Source of the DNA: Psilocybe cubensis
Lineage: Eukaryota
NCBI GenBank assembly: GCA_017499595.2
Contig: CM039000.1
Location: 4,092,001-4,156,000, forward strand
Length of the DNA stretch: 64,000 bases
Direction: 5' to 3'
Shown here: one piece after another, positions 63,206 to 64,000 of the stretch
Layout: each line of letters opens with the position of its first letter
How positions within the stretch are numbered: position 1 is the stretch's first letter
Notes under the pieces: generated by a model
Told to the model about the DNA's origin: nothing
Seen by the model: the letters and a program-made list of their open reading frames with translations, nothing else
The model's database searches: none
Position numbers and translations under genes: made by a program

Positions 63206-64000
63206 GTGTATGTACCAATGTATCCACAATTTTTGACATGTCCGACTTTCCTCAACACCTCAGAACTTAATTTTCACATTTGATCAAGTACTATAAATAC
63301 TATTCTGTCTATTCAGTGCTTCAAACTTACCACAGAATGTTGCAGACAATGAAAATGTGGGATATACGCAATTTGAAGACCCGGCACGAATGTTTCAAAA
63401 GTATTGCCATTTCCTCATCACAACGCACTGCCACCTCTTCAACTACGCATTCCATTATCTTCAAACGCACCTAAACACAATACTTCGCCGCAATGATGCT
63501 GTGAGCCGAAGGAAAATTAGCACCACATACATCTCCTCCTCCCCCAAATCACAAAATTACGCGATTTCAAACATTTTCTGCATCTAACTGACATTCAAAC
63601 ATTGCATAAAGGAGCCGGTCACCTCCGAAGACAAGATTTAAAGAAGCTGGATGCAAGTCAATCGAAGTTGAACATGTATAAAAACATTACATTCCGTTTA
63701 GACGCACCTGGGCACAAAACGAGGAAATCTGGGTCTGCCATGAGGCTCCTGAATAAATTGAAGTTATACATTGGAGGAGATTATGTGAGATAAGATAAAC
63801 GAGTCACTAACACGGCATCCAGATGAAAATTGGGACTGGCATTTGTTAAGCGCCCAAAATGTCTCCAAGACGGTACTTTCATATATTTAACACATAGCGT
63901 CTCTATTACCCCAAAATCAGTGACAAAGCAGTGCATTAGGAAGGGCAGAGGGATACATACATGATATACAGAGCTACAAGCCAGCTCCATGAACTTTGCG

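Noticed and set aside
1-64000. tRNA, rRNA or intact transposase/reverse transcriptase genes
   Set aside because: None recognised by eye; a covariance-model scan would be needed to exclude intron-containing tRNAs.

Overview
Eukaryotic, intron-rich fungal DNA. The short GT-AG introns and the gene families present point to an agaricomycete basidiomycete (inference). Left half: a sedolisin (S53) peptidase gene running off the window edge, a multi-pass membrane protein, an intronless archaemetzincin (M54), then five paralogous class I terpene synthase genes with an identical four-intron structure. Four look intact; the fifth is 3'-truncated and has a hAT-type MITE inserted at its start codon. These are followed by the proteasome lid genes RPN6 and RPN7 head-to-head, 201 bp apart. 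Right half: an accessory, repeat-rich region. It holds a spliced secreted basic protein with an RNase T1-like C-terminal domain that the ORF track splits, two more membrane-protein paralogues, an HNH-like gene with degenerate catalytic positions, a decayed DNA-level copy of RPN6, a near-perfect palindrome with 422-bp arms, MITEs and two copies of a Helitron-like element. Exon boundaries were read by eye and are approximate; no database search was possible.
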